From assembly GCA_009392915.1 (NCBI GenBank), contig CP045477.1, positions 1 to 64,000 of the forward strand: a stretch of 64,000 nt of DNA. Direction: 5' to 3'. The notes under the pieces were generated by a model, which saw only the letters and a program-made list of their open reading frames with translations, did no database searches and was not told the DNA's origin. Shown here one piece after another: positions 1 to 7,961 of the stretch; positions within the stretch are counted from its first letter, which is position 1, and each line of letters opens with the position of its first letter. Source of the stretch: Candidatus Forterrea multitransposorum CG_2015-17_Forterrea_25_41. GTDB taxonomy: Archaea > Iainarchaeota > Iainarchaeia > Iainarchaeales > CSSED10-239. The translations under genes and the position numbers were made by a program.

Positions 1-1092
1 ATGCCAATTTCAAAAAAAAACATATTTTCAAATGTTAAAAACATAGAAGAGTCTATCTTTAAAGATGAACAAGTCTTTTATCCAGACTTTACTCCAGAAA
101 ACATTTTTTCAAGAGATTCACAAATTAAAGAACTTTCTTTTTCTTTAAAACCATTAATTTCAAATAAAAAAGCAAATAATTTTTTAATATATGGACCTCC
201 AGGAACAGGTAAAACTTTAACTTCAAGATTTGTTTTAGAAGAACTTATAAATTATTCTTTAAAAGTTAAATATCTATATGTTAATTGTATACAAGATAAT
301 ACAAGATTTTCTGTATTTTCAAGAATAGTTTCTTTCTTTGGAGGAATAATGCCAAGAAGAGGTCTTGCAGTTGATGAAATTTGGCAAAGAATTAAAGAAC
401 TTTTTTCAAAATCTTCTTTTTCACCAGTAATTATTTTAGATGAAATTGATAAACTTAAAAAAGAAGATCTTTCTGTACTTTTATATGATCTTTCAAGATT
501 TTCTTCAAATAATAAATATTTTACATTAATCTTAATTACAAACAATAAATCTTTTATTTTAGACTTAGATTCAAGAACCCAAAGCTCTTTATTTTTAAAA
601 GATTTAGAATTTAAAAAATATTCTTCTCAAGACCTAAAACTAATCTTAAAAGAAAGAGTTAATTATGGGCTTATTGAGAATGCAATTTCAGAAGATTTAA
701 TAGGGTATATTGCAGGATATGCAGCAATAAGAGATGGAGATGCAAGAATTGCTATTGATCTACTATATAAAGCTGCAAAGCAATCTGAAAGAGAGGGTAA
801 TTTGATGATCTCTAAAGAGGTTTTATTGTCTGTTTCAAACTTAATAGATTCTATTAAACTTAATGAAAAGATAGCTTCTCTTTCAAAAGAAGAATTTATG
901 TTTTTAAAATCTCTAAAAGAAGATCAAACAACAACAGAAGCATATTCTTCTTTAAAAGAAATTGCTCAAAGAACAAAAAGTAGATATCTTTTAAAATTTG
1001 AAAAATTAGGTTTTATTTCTTTTTCTCCAGTAAAAGAAGGAAAAGGTAATGTTAGAATAATATCTTTAAATTTTAATAAAGAATTATTATAA
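1..1092 (+). CDS. orc1: Orc1/Cdc6 family replication initiator (AAA+ ATPase with winged helix)
   Basis: Walker A GPPGTGKT, Walker B IILDEID, C-terminal winged-helix-like region. The ORF begins at the window edge, so upstream sequence and any origin are not visible. Confidence 0.9.
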   Translation: MPISKKNIFSNVKNIEESIFKDEQVFYPDFTPENIFSRDSQIKELSFSLKPLISNKKANNFLIYGPPGTGKTLTSRFVLEELINYSLKVKYLYVNCIQDNTRFSVFSRIVSFFGGIMPRRGLAVDEIWQRIKELFSKSSFSPVIILDEIDKLKKEDLSVLLYDLSRFSSNNKYFTLILITNNKSFILDLDSRTQSSLFLKDLEFKKYSSQDLKLILKERVNYGLIENAISEDLIGYIAGYAAIRDGDARIAIDLLYKAAKQSEREGNLMISKEVLLSVSNLIDSIKLNEKIASLSKEEFMFLKSLKEDQTTTEAYSSLKEIAQRTKSRYLLKFEKLGFISFSPVKEGKGNVRIISLNFNKELL

Positions 1093-1111
1093 AAAAACAG
1101 GTGATTAAATC

Positions 1112-1366
1112 ATGGGCTTTTTAAAAACTGATAAAAAAAAAGTAGAAGTTAAAGATGGAGATAAAGTAATTAAAGCTGCAGAAAAATTAGGTGTGCCTTT
1201 TAGTTGTAGAGAAGGTATTTGTGGTACTTGTAAAGTAAAGGTTGTAGATGGTTATGATAATTTAGCTGAAAAAACAAGTAATGAAGAATTTATGGATTTA
1301 AAAAAAAATGAAAGATTAATGTGTCAATGTAAACTTAAGTCAGGAGAAGTAAAAATTAAATTTTAA
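1112..1366 (+). CDS. small plant-type [2Fe-2S] ferredoxin-like protein
   Basis: Cys pattern CREGICGTCKV...CQC (C-x4-C-x2-C...C) in 84 aa. GGTGA Shine-Dalgarno-like site upstream. The 3' end overlaps the convergent OFOR beta gene. Confidence 0.7.
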   Translation: MGFLKTDKKKVEVKDGDKVIKAAEKLGVPFSCREGICGTCKVKVVDGYDNLAEKTSNEEFMDLKKNERLMCQCKLKSGEVKIKF

Positions 1367-2207
1367 TTATTTTTTTTAGTTTCTCTAAATTTCTTTTTCT
1401 TTTAAAAAGAGGATTTTTATTTTTTTGATAAACATTTTGCATTTCTTCAAAGGTTTTTTTCTTTTTAGAAATATAAATTATTCCTAAAGGCATTTTTTCA
1501 GTTTCTAAAGCTTTTAAAATTGCATTTTCTTTATTTTCTGGATTATAATCTTTTTCTAAATAATATGTGTTTTCTTTAAACCATTCAAAAGTATTTATTT
1601 TATTAAAAGTTACACATGGTTGAAGAATATCTACAATTGATAAGCCTTTATGATAAATTGCTTTTTGTAAGATTTCTTTTGTTTCTTTCAAGTCCCCTAT
1701 GTTTGCTCTAGCAACAAAAGATGCATCTAAAGAAATAGCTAGAGAAATTGGGTTTAAGGGCTCTAAAATAACCCCTGTTGTCTGAACTATAGTTTTCATT
1801 CCTTTTTTACTTGTAGGAGATGCTTGTCCTTTTGTTAAACCATAAATCATATTGTTGTGCACAATTATTGTAATATCTGGATTTCTTCTAATAGCATGTA
1901 AAAAATGATTTCCACCTTCTCCATACATATCTCCATCTCCACTTGTAACAATTACTTTTAAATCAGGATTAACAGCTTTAATAGCGGTTGCAGGAGGAAG
2001 TGATCTTCCGTGAAGTCCATTAAAAAAATTTGTATTAATATATTGTGGTGTTTTTGCCGCTTGTCCTATTCCTGAAACTAAAACTATATTTTCTGGTTTT
2101 AGTTTGGTTTCTTCTAGTACTTTTTTTAAAACTAAGTGTATTCCAAAATTTCCACATCCAGGGCACCATGCAATTTCTGTTTGGTTTGAAAAATCTATTT
2201 TGTTCAT
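1356..2207 (-). CDS. 2-oxoacid:ferredoxin oxidoreductase beta subunit (TPP-binding)
   Basis: N-terminal CPGCGNFG cluster motif and SGDGD TPP/Mg motif. Lies immediately downstream of the alpha/gamma-containing ORF. Confidence 0.9.
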   Translation of the reverse strand: MNKIDFSNQTEIAWCPGCGNFGIHLVLKKVLEETKLKPENIVLVSGIGQAAKTPQYINTNFFNGLHGRSLPPATAIKAVNPDLKVIVTSGDGDMYGEGGNHFLHAIRRNPDITIIVHNNMIYGLTKGQASPTSKKGMKTIVQTTGVILEPLNPISLAISLDASFVARANIGDLKETKEILQKAIYHKGLSIVDILQPCVTFNKINTFEWFKENTYYLEKDYNPENKENAILKALETEKMPLGIIYISKKKKTFEEMQNVYQKNKNPLFKRKRNLEKLKKIIKI

Positions 2208-2210
2208 ATT

Positions 2211-5093
2211 TTAATCTAACCTCTCTGTTATTTCTTGCATGACCTCTTCTACAAAGAATTGCAATCCATTATATTTTAATATTTTAATAACTTCTTTATT
2301 TGTTTCTTTTTTAATAAGTTCTGCAAATTGCCCTGTTGCATTTCCTTCAATAACTATTATTTTTTTTGCAGATTTAAGTAAGTCTTTTGTTCCAGGATAA
2401 ATTGGATATAATTGTTCATAATGAAGATATTTTATTTTTTTATTATCTATTTTTTCAACAGCTTCTTTAATTGTTTCAAAAGTACTTCCCCATCCAATAA
2501 TAATTATTTCATTACCTTTTCCAATAATTGTTGGCTTTAAACTTTCAAAAGTTATATCTTCTATTCTTTTTAATCTTTTTTTAACCATTTTAATTCTTAA
2601 AGAAAAATCTTCTGTAATATGTCCTGTTTGGTCATGTTCGTCACTATCCACACAAACTAAACCTTTTCCAAAGCCAGGGATTGCTCTAGGGGAAATTCCA
2701 CTTTCTGTAAAAGCATATCTTTGATAATCTTTTTTACTTTCTATAATATATTTTTCTTTATCTTCTTTTATTTCTATTTTTTCAAAAGGATAAAGATTTT
2801 CCATAAAATATTGATCTGTTAATATAAAAACAGGAATTTGGTATTTTTGAGAATCAATAAAAGCTTTGTTTGTAATCTCTACAGCACTTTTTAAATTTTT
2901 AGGAGCATATACAATTCTTGCAAATTCTCCATGTCCAGCGTGCATAACTAAATTTAAATCTTCTTGAGCTGTTCTTGTTGGAAGTCCAGTTGCAGGTCCT
3001 GGTCTTTGAGCTACATGTATGACTAATGGAGTTTCTATCATTCCTGCAAGGCTTACACCTTCACACATAAGTGCAAATCCTCCACCAGATGTGTTTGTAA
3101 GTGATCTTGCACCTGCAAAAGATGCTCCTAAACACATGTTTATTGCTGAAATTTCATCTTCTGCTTGTTCTACAATAATATCAAAATTTTCTCTTAATTT
3201 TGCTAGATTTTGTAAAACACCTGTTGATGGTGACATTGGGTATGCTGATATAAAATCACACCCTCCAGCAATTGCTCCGTATGCTATTGCTTGAGCACCT
3301 GTAAATAAATTATTTAATTTTATTTGTTTATTTTTTTTAATTTTTGGTAAATTTTTAACTATTTTTAAAATTTCTTTTCCTTTTAAAATACCTTTTTCTG
3401 CTGCTTGAATATTTTTTAAAACAATTTCTTTTCCTTTTTTTGAAAAACTTTCTTTTAGTTGTTTTATAAAATATTTTTTATTAATATTTAGTATTCCTAA
3501 AAGAGTTCCTGTTGCAACAGTGTTTGCAAAAACTTTATTTCCTATTTTTTCTGCAATTTCTTTAAAGGAAACATCAATTGTTTTATTTTTAAGCCCTAAT
3601 TTTCTAACTTCTTCTTTATTTCCAATAATAATTGTATTTTCATCAATTCTTTCTTTTAAATGTTCTATAGTATTTTTATCTAAAGCAAGTAAAATATCTA
3701 TTTTTTTTAAATTTCCTCTTCTTTCTTTTTCTGTAAGTCTAATAGATATGGTGTTAACTCCTCCTCTAACTCTTGACATATATTCAGAGTTTGAAGAAAA
3801 GTAAAAACCTTCTTCTTTAAGTATTTTAAGTAAAACATTTTGAACAGATACAAGACCTTGGCCTGCTTCTCCAGAAAGTACAATTGATAATTCTTTTTCA
3901 TCTATTTTTTTATTTTTAATTTCTTTTTTAAAAAGTTCTTTTGTTTTTTCAGTAATTATCTTTGAAAATTCATTTAATTTTTTAAAGTTTTCTTTTTTAG
4001 GAATTCCTGTTGAAATTTCTCCTAAAATAACTTCTGCTTCAAAATTATTTGTAATATTTTCAAATTCTTTAAAGGCTTCCCCACCCCATTCTTTAGATCC
4101 AATAAATCCAATAATTTTTGTTTTTGGTTTTAATTTATTTAAAGTACTAACTGTTGTTGAAACAATAGGGTGAAGCCCACCTAAAAAAGTAGGAGATGCT
4201 ATAATTAAAGTTGACGCATCTACCATTTCAATTGCAAGTTGTCCTATCTCTGTAGTTGTAAGATTATATTCTTTAACTTTATTGCCTTGGTTAATAAGTT
4301 TAGAAGTTAAATATTCAACCATTTTTTTTGTACTTCCGTGCATAGAAGTATACCCAATAATTATTTTTGGTTTGGTTTCTTTTTTTGACCAATTATAGTA
4401 TTTATCAATTATCCAATCAACATCTTGGTATATTTTTCCATGACTTGGAGCTATTATTTTTGGATTATATTCTTTTATTTTTTCTAAGTTTTTAAGAATA
4501 TAATTTCTAAAAGGCATCATTATTTCTGCATAATATCTTTTAGCAGGTAATTCTATTTCTTTTGTATCTTTAACAAATAATTCGCTTGTTGCAAGATGTG
4601 CTCCAAAAAAATCACAAGAAAACAAAATTTTATCTTCTTTTAAAAAAGTAGACATAGTTTCTGGCCAATGAACCCAAGGAGTATAAATAAATTTTAAGGT
4701 TTTATCTCCTAAGCTAATTTCTTCTAAGTCTTTAATAACTTGTATTCTTTTTTCCTCAATTACCATTTCATCTAAAAGTATTTTTTTACAAAGAGGATTA
4801 CAAATTAATTTTGCTTTTGGAAATTTATTTAAAATTATAGGTATTGATCCAGAGTGATCTTGTTCTGCATGATTAGATATAATATAATCTATATTTTTAA
4901 TATTTAATTTTTCTAAGTTTAAAATAAGTTCTTCTGTTTTTGTAATGTCAACAGTGTCTATTAAAGCTGTTTTTTTAGATCCAATTATTAAGTATGAATT
5001 GTAGCTAGTTCCATCTGGAAGATAGATTAGTTCATCAAAAAGCTTTCTATCCCAATCAATGGCTCCAACTGAATATATGTTTTTCTTAATCAT
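2211..5093 (-). CDS. fusion protein: flavodiiron protein (metallo-beta-lactamase diiron + flavodoxin) joined to OFOR gamma and alpha modules
   Basis: aa 1-240 carry FDP diiron ligands HAEQDH, VHWPE, CDFFGAH, PSHG. aa ~243-390 are flavodoxin-like (GYTSMHGSTKKM). From aa ~401, SGEAGQG marks the OFOR gamma module. From aa ~595, TGAQAIAYGAIAGGCDFISAYPMSPST marks the alpha module. Confidence 0.8.
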   Translation of the reverse strand: MIKKNIYSVGAIDWDRKLFDELIYLPDGTSYNSYLIIGSKKTALIDTVDITKTEELILNLEKLNIKNIDYIISNHAEQDHSGSIPIILNKFPKAKLICNPLCKKILLDEMVIEEKRIQVIKDLEEISLGDKTLKFIYTPWVHWPETMSTFLKEDKILFSCDFFGAHLATSELFVKDTKEIELPAKRYYAEIMMPFRNYILKNLEKIKEYNPKIIAPSHGKIYQDVDWIIDKYYNWSKKETKPKIIIGYTSMHGSTKKMVEYLTSKLINQGNKVKEYNLTTTEIGQLAIEMVDASTLIIASPTFLGGLHPIVSTTVSTLNKLKPKTKIIGFIGSKEWGGEAFKEFENITNNFEAEVILGEISTGIPKKENFKKLNEFSKIITEKTKELFKKEIKNKKIDEKELSIVLSGEAGQGLVSVQNVLLKILKEEGFYFSSNSEYMSRVRGGVNTISIRLTEKERRGNLKKIDILLALDKNTIEHLKERIDENTIIIGNKEEVRKLGLKNKTIDVSFKEIAEKIGNKVFANTVATGTLLGILNINKKYFIKQLKESFSKKGKEIVLKNIQAAEKGILKGKEILKIVKNLPKIKKNKQIKLNNLFTGAQAIAYGAIAGGCDFISAYPMSPSTGVLQNLAKLRENFDIIVEQAEDEISAINMCLGASFAGARSLTNTSGGGFALMCEGVSLAGMIETPLVIHVAQRPGPATGLPTRTAQEDLNLVMHAGHGEFARIVYAPKNLKSAVEITNKAFIDSQKYQIPVFILTDQYFMENLYPFEKIEIKEDKEKYIIESKKDYQRYAFTESGISPRAIPGFGKGLVCVDSDEHDQTGHITEDFSLRIKMVKKRLKRIEDITFESLKPTIIGKGNEIIIIGWGSTFETIKEAVEKIDNKKIKYLHYEQLYPIYPGTKDLLKSAKKIIVIEGNATGQFAELIKKETNKEVIKILKYNGLQFFVEEVMQEITERLD

Positions 5094-5159
5094 TCTAGAG
5101 TCTATATATAAAACACCTCATAATAAAAAAAAGAAAAATAGTTTTTTTAAAATAAAAAA

Positions 5160-5912
5160 CTATTCTTGGTCAACTCTTGGTGCTAAGAAATATCTAATAG
5201 CAGAAGAGCCGATTGTGTAATTAATTTCAAGTGGCATATCGTCTTTAAGTTTTAAAGTGATTATGCTTTTTGCATTCTTAATCATATTTTGTAAATAGTC
5301 TAAAGTATACATTGCTTTTGCTTTGCTTCCTGAAATTAAAAGATTATTATCATTTGCTTCAATCTCTTGTTTGAATTTCCCTTTACTACTTTGTGTTTCT
5401 AAATAAAATTTATTATTTTCAACTTTTAAAGTGATATGGGAGCTAAAAAGACTTGCATCTTTTAAACCTGCAAGTAATTGATCAGAAGAGATTTGAACTG
5501 TTACATCAAATTGTATTTTAGGAAGAGGTTGTTCTTGTTCTGATACATCTATTAAAGGGATATGGAAGCTTCTTTTTGATTTTCCAATAAGTTCTATTAA
5601 GATAAATGATTTATCATCTTTAATTTCTAAACTTAATTTATCGTCACTTGATGAGTGGTTTAAGATTTGTAAGAAATTATTTATATTTATTCCAAAAGCA
5701 ATATTTTTTTCATCATCTTTAATATCTACTAAAAATTCTTCAAATGAATCTTTTGGCATTACAAAATCAACTAAACTTATTTGTCCAGGATCTGTTGCTC
5801 TTAAAAACATTTTTTCACTATCGATTGTAAATAAACCTTCGTTTATTAATACTCCAATAGCATCCATACTTTTTTGGAATTCTTTTACATCTTTTATTAT
5901 TAATTTAATCAT
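5160..5912 (-). CDS. pcn: DNA polymerase sliding clamp PCNA
   Basis: 250 aa. The N-terminus MIKLIIKDVKEFQKSMDAIGVLINEG...LRATDPGQISLVDF...FEEF matches the archaeal PCNA pattern. Confidence 0.9.
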   Translation of the reverse strand: MIKLIIKDVKEFQKSMDAIGVLINEGLFTIDSEKMFLRATDPGQISLVDFVMPKDSFEEFLVDIKDDEKNIAFGININNFLQILNHSSSDDKLSLEIKDDKSFILIELIGKSKRSFHIPLIDVSEQEQPLPKIQFDVTVQISSDQLLAGLKDASLFSSHITLKVENNKFYLETQSSKGKFKQEIEANDNNLLISGSKAKAMYTLDYLQNMIKNAKSIITLKLKDDMPLEINYTIGSSAIRYFLAPRVDQE

Positions 5913-5976
5913 CTTTAAATCTCCCCCTTAGCTAATATATTATATAAGCGATAATATTAAAATACTAATCATTTGT

Positions 5977-6495
5977 TTATAAAACTAATAATACATAAAC
6001 CCAACCTAATATTAAAACTACTCTTATTAAAAAAGATTGATCTAATACTTTAAATAACCAAGAAAGTATTAAAATTAGAATAGTTAAAGGAAGTAGTAAT
6101 ATCTTATAAAACCACTTAAACAAAGATTGTTTCAATCTGTAGCTTTTTTTTACAGAATCAAAAATGTTATTTGCATCTTGTCTTGAAGGTATTGAAAAGA
6201 AAAGCGCTGATATTGAAACCCATATAATTAATAATTTATAAATTAAAATCATTTCTTTTTTTAAAAGCAAAATTCCTATTATGGCTATTGCAATATTAAA
6301 AAAGAACGGAAATATAGAAATTATTATATTTTTATAAGATCTAGATTCATCATGAACTACATAACCATCTGAAAAACTAAATAATTTAATTTTTCTAATC
6401 CTTACTCCTAAAATAATACATGCAAATGCATGTGCAAGTTCATGGATAGTAATTCCAATAAATAATATTTTGGAAATAAAAACATTAAGGTTCAT
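5977..6495 (-). CDS. polytopic membrane protein with HExxH motif (putative zinc metalloprotease, DUF3267-like)
   Basis: HELAH motif in the first TM helix and several hydrophobic segments. No closer family call is possible by eye. Confidence 0.4.
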   Translation of the reverse strand: MNLNVFISKILFIGITIHELAHAFACIILGVRIRKIKLFSFSDGYVVHDESRSYKNIIISIFPFFFNIAIAIIGILLLKKEMILIYKLLIIWVSISALFFSIPSRQDANNIFDSVKKSYRLKQSLFKWFYKILLLPLTILILILSWLFKVLDQSFLIRVVLILGWVYVLLVL

Positions 6496-6497
6496 AA

Positions 6498-6887
6498 TTA
6501 TTTTTTCTCAATATATATTTTTTTATTTTCTTTTCTAAAGAGGATTGTTTCTTTTTTAATTTCTCTAAAATCTACTTTAATTTCAATATTACTTTCTAAA
6601 AAATATTCTTTTTCTTCATTTGATATTTTATATTTTGAATCTATTTTTTCAATAGTCCATGTCTTTTTAGGTAATGCTTGAATCTCTTCAGAATAATTTT
6701 CTAATATTTCAGAAATATCTATATTTCCTTGTAATTTTTCAGAAAAACTTTTAATCTCTCTATTATCTATTATTTGCATATTTTTAGAATAAAGAGAGGT
6801 TGCTTGAATAATAATTAAGGAAAGCACAACTACAATAGAAAGCGATATTAAGATATACTCTAAACTAACTTGTGCTTTTTCATTCAC
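6498..6887 (-). CDS. class III signal peptide (type IV pilin-like) protein
   Basis: N-terminus MNEKAQVSLEYILISLSIVVVL: short charged leader, Q at the putative +1 position, then a hydrophobic helix. Confidence 0.5.
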   Translation of the reverse strand: MNEKAQVSLEYILISLSIVVVLSLIIIQATSLYSKNMQIIDNREIKSFSEKLQGNIDISEILENYSEEIQALPKKTWTIEKIDSKYKISNEEKEYFLESNIEIKVDFREIKKETILFRKENKKIYIEKK

Positions 6888-6901
6888 AGTTAATTTTTCC
6901 T

Positions 6902-7093
6902 TTAGTCTATTTTTTCTATTTGTTTAAACACATCATCTGCTTTGTCATCAACAGTTTTATTTGCTTTAGTTGTTGTTTTTTGTAACTGTGTTACAACTAC
7001 TAAAACTATAGCGATTATTGCAGCTATTAAAATTATCATTTCAGCAGAAATTTGTGCTTTTTGATCTTTAAATAAATATTTTAATTTATTCAT
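6902..7093 (-). CDS. small class III signal peptide pilin-like protein
   Basis: KDQKAQISAEMIILIAAIIAIVLVV, the same KAQ-x-S-x-E motif as the neighbouring gene; 63 aa. Confidence 0.5.
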   Translation of the reverse strand: MNKLKYLFKDQKAQISAEMIILIAAIIAIVLVVVTQLQKTTTKANKTVDDKADDVFKQIEKID

Positions 7094-7169
7094 AATTCTT
7101 CAAATAATTTATTGGTTATAAGATTATTTAAACCTTTTGTTCTTTATTTTTATTAAATATAATTAATAA

Positions 7170-7919
7170 ATGATTATCATGCAAAGATTAATAATTGTAA
7201 CTGGTGCAACTGGTGATTTAGGTAAAGAATATGTGAAAGTTTATTCCAAATTATCAGAAAATAAAGTTTATGCTATTTCAAGGCGAAAAGAAGACTTTCC
7301 AATAGAAGGTGTAATTTATCTTAATTGTGATTTAGAAAATAAAGATATAACTTTAAATGAAATTAATAAAATTTCTTTAGAGCACACCACTGAAATAGTA
7401 TTTATTCATCCTGTTGGAAAATTTAAGTTTGAAGAAAATGGAGACTTAATAAATAGTATTGATCAAGAAATATTTAAATCTAATTTAGATAGTTTTCATA
7501 ATGTTTTAAACCCTTTATTATTATTAAGAAAAGATAAAAATATTTTAATTAAATTAATTGCTTTTGGATCTTTAAGTGATTCTTTTAATGTACCTTGGTG
7601 GATTTCTTATAGTAAATCAAAACTTGCACTGAGAGCTGATATGAAGTCAATTTCTTTTTCTAAAAAAAATATTTGTTCTCTTTTTTTAAATTTAAGTAGT
7701 GTGAAAACTTTTAATGAACATAAAACAAGACCTTTTGCAGAAACTTCTTTTTGGCTTTCAGTTGATGAAATTGTAAAGAGATCTTTATCTATAATTGATT
7801 CTTTAAAAGAAAAATATACTGAAATTAATTTATATAATAATTCTCCTGAATATTATGAAGGTTATTACAAAGATTTTAATTTTTTAAAAGAAAAATGGTT
7901 AAAAGAAATGAAGGGCTAG
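7170..7919 (+). CDS. short-chain dehydrogenase/reductase family protein
   Basis: TGATGDLG nucleotide-binding motif and YSKSK (YxxxK) catalytic motif. Confidence 0.65.
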   Translation: MIIMQRLIIVTGATGDLGKEYVKVYSKLSENKVYAISRRKEDFPIEGVIYLNCDLENKDITLNEINKISLEHTTEIVFIHPVGKFKFEENGDLINSIDQEIFKSNLDSFHNVLNPLLLLRKDKNILIKLIAFGSLSDSFNVPWWISYSKSKLALRADMKSISFSKKNICSLFLNLSSVKTFNEHKTRPFAETSFWLSVDEIVKRSLSIIDSLKEKYTEINLYNNSPEYYEGYYKDFNFLKEKWLKEMKG

Positions 7920-7961
7920 AAGTCTTCTTTTTATTTGTTTTTATCTATAATATATATATTT

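Noticed and set aside
1-120. Origin-of-replication (ORB) repeats expected next to orc1/cdc6.
   Set aside because: The gene starts at base 1, so its upstream region is outside the window. No ORB-like repeats were seen downstream.
252-545. This and about 28 other 60-110-aa ORFs in the track lie antisense to, or out of frame within, larger genes. Examples: 2045-2242, 3019-3294, 3520-3804, 3707-3901, 8729-8923, 9475-9708, 10515-10700, 13375-13560, 14402-14590, 21227-21433, 21991-22188, 22092-22343, 24409-24657, 24785-24979, 27838-28068, 39176-39382, 42366-42572, 46858-47073, 48685-48882, 50947-51267, 53658-53966, 56023-56232, 56346-56537, 57419-57751, 58091-58315, 61338-61520, 63737-63940.
   Set aside because: Each is fully embedded in a longer ORF with clear family motifs. 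Their translations are low-complexity F/L/I/K/S-rich strings, as expected from chance open frames in AT-rich DNA.
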